Assembly (NCBI RefSeq): GCF_001652585.1
Contig: NZ_LWLG01000001.1
Coordinates: 330,001 to 362,000 of the forward strand
Reading direction: 5' to 3'
DNA: 32,000 nt
Source: Thermosulfurimonas dismutans
Lineage (GTDB): Bacteria; Desulfobacterota; Thermodesulfobacteria; Thermodesulfobacteriales; Thermodesulfobacteriaceae
The position numbers and the translations under genes are program-made. Every line of letters begins with the position of its first letter. The stretch's first letter is position 1. The notes beneath the pieces are model-generated. The model had not been told where the DNA came from and made no database searches. It worked only from the letters and a program-made list of their open reading frames with translations. This document shows positions 20,156-29,434 of this stretch, in pieces.

Positions 20156-21289
20156 TTAGGCCCGGGGCCCTTCCTGATCCTCTTTTAGGGCCTGACAGTA
20201 TTCCTCGATCAGTTCGTCAATAAGTTCTTGGACCGAGACGATCTTGTCTACCCGCCAGGCATTGGCCCCGGCAAAGACGAAACCAGCTTCAAGTCTACCT
20301 CGCTGGGCGTTTATCAGGGCCGCAGCGATACAGTAAGGACTCTTGCGGTAATCGCAGGTCTTGAGGCAGTGATAGATACACTTATAAGGCTTCTTTTTGC
20401 CGGCCTCTACCTCTTTGATGAAAGTACCCCGGATGGCTCGACCGGGAAGTCCCACAGGACTTTTGATAATGGTGAGATCTTCCTTGGTGGCCTTGACGAA
20501 GGCTTCCTTGAAAGCCGGGGCAGCGTCGCACTCGTGGGTGGCCACGAAGCGGGTGGCCATCTGGACCCCGGCAGCGCCGAGTTTGTTAATGTAATAATAG
20601 ATGTCGCGTCCGGTGTATATGCCGCCTGCTGGAATTACCGGAATAGGTTTGCCCGCCTTGTCTTCAAAGGGTTTCATGGCTTCTAGCACTTGGGGAACCA
20701 GGACTTCAAGGCGTGACTCCTCGGCTTCTATCTTGTCCGGGGCAAATCCTAGATGGCCTCCGGCCTTGGGACCTTCCACCACCACCGCATCGGGTACGTA
20801 CTGGTACTTGCTCCACCAGCGTTTGGCAACGAGTTGAGCCGCCCGAGGCGAAGACACTATGGGGACCAGCTTGGTGTTCGCTCCCTCGGGCCGAAGTTCT
20901 GGAAGGTTCAAGGGAAGCCCGGCTCCGCAGAATAGGATGTCGGCTCCGGCTTCACAGGCCGCCCGGCATAGGGGCTCAAAGTCCGTAAGGGCCACCATGA
21001 TGTTGACCCCGATGATTCCTCCCGGGGCCTTCTTCTTGGCCAGGGCGATCTGGCGTTTAATGCCTTGGATGTTGGCTTCGGTGGGATTCTTGAAGAAATA
21101 GGCCTCGCCCTCGTAGATTCCAACCAAAGCCGCAGATATTACACCAATCCCACCGGCTCTAGCTACCGCCGAGGCCAGGCCCGCCAGCGAAATACCTACG
21201 CCCATGCCTCCCTGGACAATAGGTACCCGCGCTACGAGATCACCAATTTTGAGGGCCGGGGGTTCACAGGACCATTTGGATTCCATCAT
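20156..21289 (-). CDS. NAD(P)H-dependent flavin oxidoreductase, nitronate monooxygenase / FabK-like family
   Basis: PIVQGGMGVGIS FMN-barrel motif; GGHLGF; C-terminal Cys-rich CIYHCLKTCDYRKSPYC. ATG-ATG at 21289 is preferred over the TTG at 21328; the start remains uncertain. Confidence 0.75.
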   Translation of the reverse strand: MMESKWSCEPPALKIGDLVARVPIVQGGMGVGISLAGLASAVARAGGIGVISAALVGIYEGEAYFFKNPTEANIQGIKRQIALAKKKAPGGIIGVNIMVALTDFEPLCRAACEAGADILFCGAGLPLNLPELRPEGANTKLVPIVSSPRAAQLVAKRWWSKYQYVPDAVVVEGPKAGGHLGFAPDKIEAEESRLEVLVPQVLEAMKPFEDKAGKPIPVIPAGGIYTGRDIYYYINKLGAAGVQMATRFVATHECDAAPAFKEAFVKATKEDLTIIKSPVGLPGRAIRGTFIKEVEAGKKKPYKCIYHCLKTCDYRKSPYCIAAALINAQRGRLEAGFVFAGANAWRVDKIVSVQELIDELIEEYCQALKEDQEGPRA

Positions 21290-21345
21290 AACGATGACTT
21301 TTTTAATTCTTTTTGAGACTAAAGTCAATCTCTAATATGTCAATA

Positions 21346-22710
21346 TCAAAGCCCTGTAGGAAATTTGGGTAATTTCTCCAGAGCCTCCCGGATCTTTTCT
21401 TCTGGATACTCGTAGTCTTCAAGCTTCCCTTCCAAGAAAGCGTCATAGGCCGCTAGATCAAAGTGGCCGTGCCCGCTGAAGCAGAAAACAATGGTTTTCT
21501 CCTCGCCAGTCTCTCGACACTTGATGGCTTCGTCTATAACCGCCCTTATGGCGTGACTGGTTTCGGGTGCCGGAATGATTCCTTCAGTTTGGGCAAAGAG
21601 CACCGCCGCTTCAAAACAGGGGTTTTGGGGATAGGCCCGTGGTTTTATCACGCCCTCTTTTACCAATTGGCAAATTAGGGGAGCATCTCCATGATATCTC
21701 AGACCTCCCGCATGAATGCCTGGAGGCTCAAAGGTATGCCCCAGGGTGTGCATCAAAAGAAGAGGGGTGAGACCAGCGGTGTCGCCAAAGTCATAACGAT
21801 AGACGCCCTTGGTGAGCGTAGGGCAGCTGGTGGGTTCAACCGCAATCACCTCCGCCGAAAGACGACCCTCAAGGATCTCTCCAATGAAAGGAAAGGTAAA
21901 ACCAGCGAAGTTACTTCCCCCACCGACACAACCAATAAGGATGTCCGGTCGCTCTTCTATCTGTTCAAGCTGTTTCTGGGTTTCAAGGCCGATAATGGTC
22001 TGATGAAGGAGTACGTGGTTTAGAACACTACCTAGAGCATAGTTAGTGTCCTCGTGAGTGGCAGCATCTTCTACCGCTTCAGAGATAGCAATCCCCAAGC
22101 TACCCCGAGTCTTCGGATTTTCGGCAAGGATTCGACGGCCGGCCGCTGTGCGTTCAGAGGGCGAGGGGAAGACTTCTGCTCCCCAGATGTGCATTAGACT
22201 CTTACGGAAAGGTTTCTGCTCGAAACTCACTTTCACCATGTAAACCGTGCACTCAAGGTTAAAAATCTTACAGGCAAAGGCCAGGGCGCTGCCCCATTGC
22301 CCGGCCCCGGTTTCCGTGGCCAGCCGACGGATACCTTCCTTTTTGTTGTAATAGGCCTGGGCCACGGCGGTATTGGGCTTGTGGCTGCCAGGAGGGCTAA
22401 CACTTTCGTCCTTGTAGTAGATTCGGGCCGGCGTCTTCAAAGCCTTCTCAAGATTGTGGGCCCGGCGCAGCGGAGTCGGCCTCCAGAGACGATAGACTTT
22501 TTTCACTTCCTCGGGGATTTCAATCCAGGGTTCCGGGCTCATCTCCTGCTCGACAAGGGCGCGGGGAAAGATGGTGAGGAGGTCTTCGGGCTTTATAGGC
22601 TCCCCACTTCGGGGATCAAGCGGTGGAGCTGGCGGTTTGGGTAACCGGGGAATGATATTAAACCACGCCTCCGGCAGTTCGGTTTCTGGAAGGAGGATTT
22701 TGGTCTCCAA
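21346..22710 (-). CDS. trpB: TrpB2-type tryptophan synthase beta-like PLP enzyme (stand-alone)
   Basis: 454 aa with the long TrpB2 N-terminal extension. PLP-lysine motif [17 protein letters not shown] glycine loop. TTG start with AAGGAGG 10 nt upstream. Confidence 0.8.
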   Translation of the reverse strand: METKILLPETELPEAWFNIIPRLPKPPAPPLDPRSGEPIKPEDLLTIFPRALVEQEMSPEPWIEIPEEVKKVYRLWRPTPLRRAHNLEKALKTPARIYYKDESVSPPGSHKPNTAVAQAYYNKKEGIRRLATETGAGQWGSALAFACKIFNLECTVYMVKVSFEQKPFRKSLMHIWGAEVFPSPSERTAAGRRILAENPKTRGSLGIAISEAVEDAATHEDTNYALGSVLNHVLLHQTIIGLETQKQLEQIEERPDILIGCVGGGSNFAGFTFPFIGEILEGRLSAEVIAVEPTSCPTLTKGVYRYDFGDTAGLTPLLLMHTLGHTFEPPGIHAGGLRYHGDAPLICQLVKEGVIKPRAYPQNPCFEAAVLFAQTEGIIPAPETSHAIRAVIDEAIKCRETGEEKTIVFCFSGHGHFDLAAYDAFLEGKLEDYEYPEEKIREALEKLPKFPTGL

Positions 22711-22736
22711 GATGATTAAACCTCCTTAAAATAAAC

Positions 22737-22756
22737 AGTCTAGCGCAATCTAGACT
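22737..22756. promoter_or_regulatory. Palindrome in the trpB2 promoter region (operator candidate)
   Basis: AGTCTAG-cgcaat-CTAGACT. On the minus strand it directly follows a TTGCAT-16 nt-TAAAGT promoter-like pair and precedes the SD. Confidence 0.3.
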
Positions 22757-22888
22757 TTACACAAAAGAAGGTTCTATGCAAATAGGAAAAAATTAATAAA
22801 TAAACATTAATAAAAGAATCAGGAAACTAACCATTACGGTTTTCGCCCCTAAGAAGTGGTATTCGGAGTTGGGTGAAGATTAAGCACG

Positions 22889-23269
22889 TCAGTTCCGGGC
22901 AACATCGCGGTCAAAACTAAAAGGTCTGTACCCTTTTACGTTGCCCCAAGCCAAAACGATGGCGTCCACTATGTCGACTTTTCTGGCTCCAAAGAGGACC
23001 AGGGCTTCCCTGTAAACGGCAAGCTCTCCTTCTAAGCCTTTGTAGTCCAAGAGTTGGGATAGCTTCTCCACGGCCTTCTCCTTGGGCACACCGTAAACTT
23101 TCAGAAGAACGTAGACGGTCTCGGCAAGAACACTTTCCGGGATGAAGGCCTGAACCTTTCCGAGTTTGACTTGCTCCCAGAAGGTCCGGGCTTTCTCGAA
23201 GTGCTCTGGGTGATCCCCGATGAGGTAGCGGATGATAACGTTAGTGTCTACCACTACCAAACTTTTCAC
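22889..23269 (-). CDS. vapC: PIN-domain ribonuclease toxin VapC
   Basis: N-terminal VVVDTNVIIRYL (first PIN acidic residue), then ...IPESVLAETVYVL... and ...DAIVLA... GTG start overlaps the antitoxin gene. Confidence 0.8.
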   Translation of the reverse strand: MKSLVVVDTNVIIRYLIGDHPEHFEKARTFWEQVKLGKVQAFIPESVLAETVYVLLKVYGVPKEKAVEKLSQLLDYKGLEGELAVYREALVLFGARKVDIVDAIVLAWGNVKGYRPFSFDRDVARN

Positions 23270-23483
23270 GCACGGCCTCCGTCCAGGCTTCTTCCTTGGC
23301 TTTGGTTAGGTCCACGGGCTTAGCGTATTCCTTGAGAGAACCTGCCAGGTCTTCCACCGGCTCAATGATTACTTTCCGATCCCGGAGAACGAGCCTGAGA
23401 ACCTCGGAGCCAAGGGCTTCTCTCATCTCCTTGGGAAGCGTGATTTGTCCCTTTTGGGATACTTTGACAGTCTTAATCAACAT
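23241..23483 (-). CDS. vapB: AbrB/SpoVT-type antitoxin VapB
   Basis: MLIKTVKVSQKGQITLPKEMREALG is the SpoVT/AbrB swapped-hairpin signature. GAGGT SD precedes ATG 23483. The longer track ORF (to 23606) was rejected. Confidence 0.75.
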   Translation of the reverse strand: MLIKTVKVSQKGQITLPKEMREALGSEVLRLVLRDRKVIIEPVEDLAGSLKEYAKPVDLTKAKEEAWTEAVREKFGSGRH

Positions 23484-23509
23484 GACTTTACCTCGCACGC
23501 AAGCTTTAC

Positions 23510-23526
23510 TTTGATTGTAAGTCAAA
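23510..23526. promoter_or_regulatory. Imperfect palindrome upstream of vapB (autoregulatory operator candidate)
   Basis: TTTGATTgtaAGTCAAA in the 63-nt divergent intergenic region. Confidence 0.3.
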
Positions 23527-23546
23527 CCAGAGGGAAAAGGAAGTGG

Positions 23547-23675
23547 ATGCCATTCAAGGAATACGCCTGGGACCGCAAGTGGAACCTCAACTGGACGGCC
23601 GATCACCTAGCAACTGAGGCCAAACTCATAAACGACCTTTTGGCTCAGATCCAAAACCAAAACATAAGGGGTTAA
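23547..23675 (+). CDS. 42-aa ORF, a C-terminal paralogue fragment of the next gene
   Basis: MPFKEYAWDRKWNLNWTADHLATEAKLINDLLAQIQNQNIRG. FKEY..W...NDLLAQ..Q aligns with residues 67-99 of the 117-aa product. May not be expressed. Confidence 0.3.
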   Translation: MPFKEYAWDRKWNLNWTADHLATEAKLINDLLAQIQNQNIRG

Positions 23676-23678
23676 ACC

Positions 23679-24032
23679 ATGAGCACCAGAGAACGCTTAG
23701 ACCTAAAATCCAAGATCCTTGAGACTAAAGTGCACGAACTTATGGACGTGTCTTTGGCCCTGGAGGTTTTGGCAGACGTGGCCCGGTTGGCCGAGGATGT
23801 CCAAGAAGTCGATCCGGAAGGCAAGCTAGGCCTTTCTTTTCTAGCCGAGAAAGTCAAGAACTCCTACTCTACAATCTTTAAGACTTACACCATGTGGATG
23901 ACCGAAGACCTGGGCAAAGCCAAGTTTGAGATCAGGCAAGCCGTCAATGACCTTCTGGCCCAGACCAAGACCCAGAAACCCGGCCCCGAGGAGGAAGAGG
24001 ACATCAACGACGGCTGCGGGTGCGAGGACTAA
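23679..24032 (+). CDS. Hypothetical acidic helical protein, 117 aa, ending in CGCED
   Basis: AAGGGG SD precedes ATG 23679. No family recognised. Confidence 0.5.
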   Translation: MSTRERLDLKSKILETKVHELMDVSLALEVLADVARLAEDVQEVDPEGKLGLSFLAEKVKNSYSTIFKTYTMWMTEDLGKAKFEIRQAVNDLLAQTKTQKPGPEEEEDINDGCGCED

Positions 24033-24105
24033 GTTCGCCAGGGCCGAGATTACGAACTTACTTCCTGGCCCTGGTCACCAAAACTAGACCGAGGAGGGGG
24101 AAGTC

Positions 24106-24321
24106 ATGAACATCAAAGAAGCCATCTAAGACCACGTTAAAGGTATCCGCATGAGGACGAGAGAGATCTTCACACCGAACACCTTGCCATTGAGAACCTT
24201 GCTTTTTTGGGAGTGTTTGCGAGACTTCGTCTATTTCTTCCGGGGCACGGTTAACCGCTACGGGTTCTCCGATGTAGATATACAGGAGAGTGCCCCTGGA
24301 CTCTCTGCCCTCGCTTTTTGA
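24106..24321 (+). pseudogene. Hypothetical gene interrupted by an in-frame TAA after codon 7
   Basis: Very strong GAGGAGGGGG SD lies 5 nt before ATG 24106. It reads MNIKEAI, then TAA (24127-24129). The same frame then stays open for 63 more codons to TGA 24321. Confidence 0.35.
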
Positions 24322-24781
24322 TCTCCTAGCTCACTTTGCCTTTGACCGTAAGTGGGCGCTTGTCGAGATCTAGGAGGCTCTTGAAGCCGAAAGGAAAGGC
24401 CTCATGATCTTGGCATCCGAAGAAGAAGGCTCCAAGCCCAAAACACCACACCACGGAGGTGCCAAAATGCCTAAACTGAAAAATCGAAGGCTTTCGACAA
24501 AGAGGCTTTGATCGAGGCCCATTACGTCCTTTCCGAGGCCTACCATGAGCTTGAGCGGTTACCTGCGGCCATGGAGGGGATAGCCGAGGCCCTGAACATG
24601 CTTTCCCGGTATGCGAGCCTTGAGCAAGCTCTTTTTACCGGGCACGCTAAAAACCGAATGTGCTTCCATAAATTTCCAAGGAAGAGGTGGAGAATTAGGA
24701 TCTATCTTACTTCTAGGTAATAGGTGGGGAAAATCAAATTATCAGGAAGAATAGATCTTCTGAAACCGTTGAGAATCAAGG

Positions 24782-24854
<73 letters not shown>

Positions 24855-24866
24855 ACGTAATTTATT

Positions 24867-24894
24867 TACATACCATCTTTTGAAAGGCTTGCAA
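24867..24894 (-). promoter_or_regulatory. tRNA-Phe promoter candidate
   Basis: Minus strand: TTGCAA, 16-nt spacer, TATGTA, about 12 nt before the tRNA 5' end. Overlaps the 3' flank of the upstream gene. Confidence 0.35.
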
Positions 24895-24898
24895 GCCC

Positions 24899-25708
24899 CT
24901 AAGCGGGTTTCATCTTCTTGTGCTTGGGGACCTCCTTACGACGCTTGATAAGATCCTCGCCGAAAAGGACGCTCTTGAGCCACCGGAACCCGAATTGGAG
25001 TAACGCCAGATCATCCTCCCGAATGCGATCTTGAGTTTCCTGGTCCACCTCAAAGATCTCTAAAAATTTGCTCTCAAATACGAACCGGCGGAACCTTTCA
25101 GGATTAGTGCTCACCATGAAAAAGAGCTGAAGGCTCTTTTCCGGGACCTCAATAGGGCCCAGGGACTCTTTTTTCATGACGATCTCGGCCCACTCCTTAA
25201 CCGGCTCCTCGGTCTCGGGAATGCCCTGGCTCTGACGGTACTCTTCGACCGTTATCTCCGGGCCGGAATCGAGTCCCTGGCAAAATCCTTCCTTGACCAA
25301 GTAATAGAAATCTTCGTTACGGCCTTCGTCCCGGTTGCGGAAAATTCCCAGTCCAAGGGGATAGTAACGACAGGCCAAAGGCCTTACTTCGTAAACTTTG
25401 CACCCTTCTTCACTTAAAAAGGGACAGGTCTTTTCCTCGTTGTCTTGCATCTTGAGGCGAGCTACCGGCAGTCCGGAGCGAGGTAAGATGAAAGGCTCGG
25501 TGTACTGCAGCAGAAACTCGTCGGTCGAAAGTCCTAGGTGATTTCTCAAACGAAGGATGTCATAAGGTGTAAGCGGAAGATAGAGGGCCGAACAGCAGAG
25601 TTTGAAACAGGGCACTCCCGGCCCGCATTGAAAAATGAACTTCGTCCCTGGTTCGAGCTTAATAGGGACGATGACGCGATCCATACCTCGAAGTTCGGTG
25701 ATGGCCAT
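24899..25708 (-). CDS. YkgJ-family cysteine-cluster (putative Zn/Fe-chelating) protein
   Basis: CGPGVPCFKLCC...LTPYDILRL and CPFLSEEGCKVYEVRPLACRYYP fit the CxxCxxCC/UPF0153 pattern. GGAGAGG SD. Confidence 0.65.
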   Translation of the reverse strand: MAITELRGMDRVIVPIKLEPGTKFIFQCGPGVPCFKLCCSALYLPLTPYDILRLRNHLGLSTDEFLLQYTEPFILPRSGLPVARLKMQDNEEKTCPFLSEEGCKVYEVRPLACRYYPLGLGIFRNRDEGRNEDFYYLVKEGFCQGLDSGPEITVEEYRQSQGIPETEEPVKEWAEIVMKKESLGPIEVPEKSLQLFFMVSTNPERFRRFVFESKFLEIFEVDQETQDRIREDDLALLQFGFRWLKSVLFGEDLIKRRKEVPKHKKMKPA

Positions 25709-25718
25709 CTCTCTCTCC

Positions 25719-27086
25719 TCAACTCCTTTTTTTTAATCTTACCCCGAAAAAACCATCCAGACCATGGCGATGGGGATAGGTGTGCAGAAAACCATTTTCG
25801 TCAATGAGCTCCCGGGCGGCTTCGGGAAGGGCCTTTCTGGGGTCGTCGATCTCGAATTCTGGATGACGGGCCAGAAATTGCTGGATCACCTCTTCGTTTT
25901 CCTCGGGTTCAAGGCTGCAGGTAGCGTAAACCAGAAGCCCCCCTTTTTTTAGAGTTTCGCTAAGAGATTCTAGAAGGGCCAACTGTTTCTCCGGGACTTT
26001 TACCAAATCCTCGGGTTTGCGGGCCCATTTGATGTCGGGATGCCTCCGAATAACCCCGGTTCCGGTGCAGGGGGCATCGATCAAGATGCGATCGAAAAAG
26101 TTCCCTCCGAGGGCCTTTACGGCCTCTGTCACGTCAGCTGTGATGGTCTCCACGTTGGTGATTCCCAGGCGCTCGGCGTTTTCGCGAAGCCTCTTAAGGC
26201 GCCATTCATAAAGATCGTAGGCATAGATGTGACCGGTATTGCGAAGGAGTTGGGCCAGATGGGTGGTCTTGCCTCCAACTCCGGCGCAGGCGTCAAGGAT
26301 CTTTTCTCCCGGCCGAGGCGAGACCAGGTAGGAGACCAGCTGGCTGGACTCGTCCTGAACCTGGAGCCAGCCCACCCGAAAGGCCCGGAGGTTTGTCACG
26401 TGACCCCGAAAGCCGTGTAGAATGATGCCGTCAGGGCTATAGCGGGTAGGTTCGGCTTCTGGTATCTCGCTTTTGAGATAGAGGAGGAGCTGATCCCTGG
26501 TAACCCGCAAGGTGTTGGCCCTCACCACCAAAGGGGGTTTTTCGTTGCCGGCGGCGAGCAAACGTTCAGTTTCCTCTTCGCCAAAACGGGCTAACCACCT
26601 TTCTACCAGCCACTCGGGGTAAGAGTAACGCACGGAGAGATAGGCCACAGGATTCATCTCTCGGGGAGGTTCAGGCGGATTCTGTCTTTTAGCGGCGATT
26701 TTCCTTAAAACGGCGTTTACGAACGAGATAATCCACTTCCCGCGGCCTCTTTTGAGGAGCTTTACGGCCTCGGCCACCGCGGCCCGCTCGGGTATGCGGG
26801 TAAAAAGGAGTTGGTAGGCCGAAAGCCGCAACAAGTTCCTCACTTGGGGATCCATTTTCTCTAGAGGCTCTTCAGAAAAGCGAGAGATCACGTAATCAAG
26901 GTAATAGAGATGCCGGACCACTCCGTTCACCAGCTCCCCACACAGAGCACGGTCCCGAGGGTCCGGAAGGACGCTCTTGGTTAGAACTTCGGCCAAGATC
27001 TCGTCGAGGAGAGGTTTCCCCCGTTCCCAGCGGATAAGGGTTTTTAAGGCCATAGCCCGAGGATTTCTGCGTGGGAGCTTCGGCAT
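25719..27086 (-). CDS. rsmB: 16S rRNA (cytosine-C5)-methyltransferase RsmB
   Basis: NusB-like N-terminal domain; DACAGVGGKT (SAM motif); DAPCTGTGVIRRHPDIKW and YATCSLEPEENE (the two catalytic Cys motifs). Confidence 0.88.
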   Translation of the reverse strand: MPKLPRRNPRAMALKTLIRWERGKPLLDEILAEVLTKSVLPDPRDRALCGELVNGVVRHLYYLDYVISRFSEEPLEKMDPQVRNLLRLSAYQLLFTRIPERAAVAEAVKLLKRGRGKWIISFVNAVLRKIAAKRQNPPEPPREMNPVAYLSVRYSYPEWLVERWLARFGEEETERLLAAGNEKPPLVVRANTLRVTRDQLLLYLKSEIPEAEPTRYSPDGIILHGFRGHVTNLRAFRVGWLQVQDESSQLVSYLVSPRPGEKILDACAGVGGKTTHLAQLLRNTGHIYAYDLYEWRLKRLRENAERLGITNVETITADVTEAVKALGGNFFDRILIDAPCTGTGVIRRHPDIKWARKPEDLVKVPEKQLALLESLSETLKKGGLLVYATCSLEPEENEEVIQQFLARHPEFEIDDPRKALPEAARELIDENGFLHTYPHRHGLDGFFGVRLKKRS

Positions 27087-27089
27087 AGG

Positions 27090-28436
27090 CTAAAGGACTT
27101 TCCTTATACGTTCGACGGTTTCGGAGTAAAGGGCCCTCAATTTCTCGGAGATGCGAGTAGAGGGTGTACGTTGCCCCTTCCGGATGTCTTCGGGAAGGCT
27201 TTTGAGGTTCTCGGCGGCTTTTTTTCGTATTTCCGGAAGGGGCGGGTTTTCCATGAGGAGACGGCCATCCCGCATGAAGCATTTCAGAAGGGGGTTGCCT
27301 ATAAGATTTTCTTCCCTAAGACCTAATTCATCTTCGTAGAAGAGCCCCGAGGGGTCAAAACGCCGGAAGACCTGCTTGCGGCCGGGATAGGTGACCTTGC
27401 CTTCGGAAAGTTTGAGTCGAGGTTTGCCGTCATATTCCACCAGCTTATAGGCTAGGTCGAGATAAGGGGCGTCGGCCGAAACGCCCATCTTGGTGCCTAT
27501 GCCAAAGGCGTCAACCGGGGCTCGGGAGGAAACGATTTCGGCGATTTTGTGCTCGTCAAGGCCACCGGAGACAAAAATCTTTATTTCCGGGAATCCGGCC
27601 TTATCAAGAAGTCTTCGAACCTCCCGGGCCAGTTCGATCACGTTTCCGGAATCGAGCCGCACCCCACGGACGCGAATACCCCTTTCGGAAAGCCGTCGGG
27701 CGACCTCGATGGCCTTTTCGGCTCCGCGGAGGGGATCGTAAGTATCGATGAGAAGAACCGTGTTTTCGGGGAAGTTTCTGCCAAAAGCTAAGAAGGCCTC
27801 TTCCTCGTTTGGGAAACTTTCCACATAGGAATGGGCCATGGTCCCGGTAACCGGTATGCCGAAGAGTTTTCCGGCCAGCACGTTGCTGGTGGCCGTAAAC
27901 CCCGCGATATATGAGGCTCGGGCGGCATGTAGGCTGGCCTCAAGGCCCTGTGTACGCCTGGCCCCAAAGTCCACACAGGGCCGTCCATCTGCCGCTATTA
28001 CGCATAGGGCAGCCTTGGTAGCCACTGCGGTTTCAATATTTAAGATGTTGATGACTAGGGTTTCTACAATCTGGGCCTCGGGAAGGGGTGCTGTAATCTC
28101 CACCACAGGTGCGTTTTCAAAGAAAACCGTGCCTTCTGGAAGGGCCCAGACCTCCCCGGTAAAACGGAAGTTTTTGAGATAATCCAAAAAAGTGGGCTTA
28201 AAGAGCTTTAGAGATTCCAAATAAGCGAGGTCTTCTTCGGAAAATCGGAAGTCTTGAAGGGCCTCAAGCAGGGGCCAGAGACCTGCGGCCAGCAGAAAAG
28301 AGCGATTTTGGGGAAGTTTCCGAACGAAAAGCGAAAAGGTTGCCGGAGCGAGCATGTCTCGCTCCACATAAACCTGGCTCATAGTGAGCTCATAGAGATC
28401 CGTAAGAAGGGCGGAGACGTTAAGCCAGGAGGACAT
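27090..28436 (-). CDS. pncB: Nicotinate phosphoribosyltransferase
   Basis: LLTDLYELTM N-terminus; GTMAHS motif; about 448 aa. ATG 28436 shares one nt with the pncA stop (TGATG). Confidence 0.85.
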   Translation of the reverse strand: MSSWLNVSALLTDLYELTMSQVYVERDMLAPATFSLFVRKLPQNRSFLLAAGLWPLLEALQDFRFSEEDLAYLESLKLFKPTFLDYLKNFRFTGEVWALPEGTVFFENAPVVEITAPLPEAQIVETLVINILNIETAVATKAALCVIAADGRPCVDFGARRTQGLEASLHAARASYIAGFTATSNVLAGKLFGIPVTGTMAHSYVESFPNEEEAFLAFGRNFPENTVLLIDTYDPLRGAEKAIEVARRLSERGIRVRGVRLDSGNVIELAREVRRLLDKAGFPEIKIFVSGGLDEHKIAEIVSSRAPVDAFGIGTKMGVSADAPYLDLAYKLVEYDGKPRLKLSEGKVTYPGRKQVFRRFDPSGLFYEDELGLREENLIGNPLLKCFMRDGRLLMENPPLPEIRKKAAENLKSLPEDIRKGQRTPSTRISEKLRALYSETVERIRKVL

Positions 28437-28951
28437 CAAATCACCTTGGCTTTATAGATCCTCTCCATACGTCGCAGAGCAAAGGCGTGGGCTTCGGGAT
28501 CGAAGTCCCCTACGGCCCTCTTCGGAACAACTACCTTAAAGCCCCGGAAAAAGGCCCCAGCCGCGGTGTCCATCACGCAGATGCTGGTGCAGACCCCGCA
28601 GAGCCAGACCTCGGTAACTTCGAGTTCCTTGAGGACTTCTTCGAGCTCGGTGCGGAAGAAGGCGTCAAACCGGGTTTTGGGAAGTACCTTATCCCCGGGC
28701 TCCGGGGCGATCTCCGGGATGACCTCTGCCCCCCACGTGCCCTTCACACAGTGGGCCGGAAAGGCCTGAAATTCCCTGTCGTCTGGATCGTGAGCGTCGC
28801 AGACATAGATAACCGGTTCTTTCCGCGATCGGAATTCTTCGATGAGCTTTTTGACTTCCGGAATGATTTTTCTGGCCGCTTCACCGCAGTAAAGTATCCC
28901 CCTAGGGTCCATGAAATCATTAAGCATGTCTATAACAACCAGGCCCCGCAT
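28436..28951 (-). CDS. pncA: Isochorismatase-family cysteine hydrolase, probable nicotinamidase
   Basis: LVVIDMLNDF (catalytic Asp); K in LPKTRFDAF; CGVCTSICV (catalytic Cys). Located upstream of pncB. GGAGGG SD precedes ATG 28951. Confidence 0.75.
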   Translation of the reverse strand: MRGLVVIDMLNDFMDPRGILYCGEAARKIIPEVKKLIEEFRSRKEPVIYVCDAHDPDDREFQAFPAHCVKGTWGAEVIPEIAPEPGDKVLPKTRFDAFFRTELEEVLKELEVTEVWLCGVCTSICVMDTAAGAFFRGFKVVVPKRAVGDFDPEAHAFALRRMERIYKAKVI

Positions 28952-29028
28952 CTTGCCCTCCACGTGGAAAGATTAATCAAGGGCAAATCGTTTGGCAAGA
29001 TGATCTGAATGGGTTAGAAATAGAGAGC

Positions 29029-29427
29029 ATGAAGCGTCGAGAAATATTAAAGTGGATATTCGCAGGGGGAGCGGCTGGAGTTTTTGGTTACATGGGCCTA
29101 AAAACTGTGGTCTATTTTCTCCCCAGACCGCCGAAAAAGGTTTTTGTCAAGGCCGAGGAACTCCCTCCCGCTGGAACTCTCAAGGTGAAAGAGGAATTCT
29201 TTATGGTGAGGCCTTCCGATGGTCATCTCCGAATTCTTTCCCGCCGGTGTCCTCACCTGGGCTGTACGGTGAACTATAGCTCTGGAGAAGATCTCTTTAT
29301 CTGTCCTTGCCATCAGAGCCGGTTTGCTCTGACCGGGGCCTATCTCTCCGGGCCGGCCAAAAAGGACCTTGTGAAAATCAAGTGGGAAAAAGTTGAGGGC
29401 GGAATCATCCTCGAAATTCCGGGTTAG
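29029..29427 (+). CDS. Rieske [2Fe-2S] protein, bc/b6f-type, with a Tat-like N-terminal anchor
   Basis: MKRREILKW followed by a hydrophobic helix. CPHLGC-x12-CPCH is the CxH...CxxH ligand pattern, including the extra disulfide cysteines typical of bc-complex Rieske proteins. Confidence 0.85.
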   Translation: MKRREILKWIFAGGAAGVFGYMGLKTVVYFLPRPPKKVFVKAEELPPAGTLKVKEEFFMVRPSDGHLRILSRRCPHLGCTVNYSSGEDLFICPCHQSRFALTGAYLSGPAKKDLVKIKWEKVEGGIILEIPG

Positions 29428-29434
29428 TCCCCGA

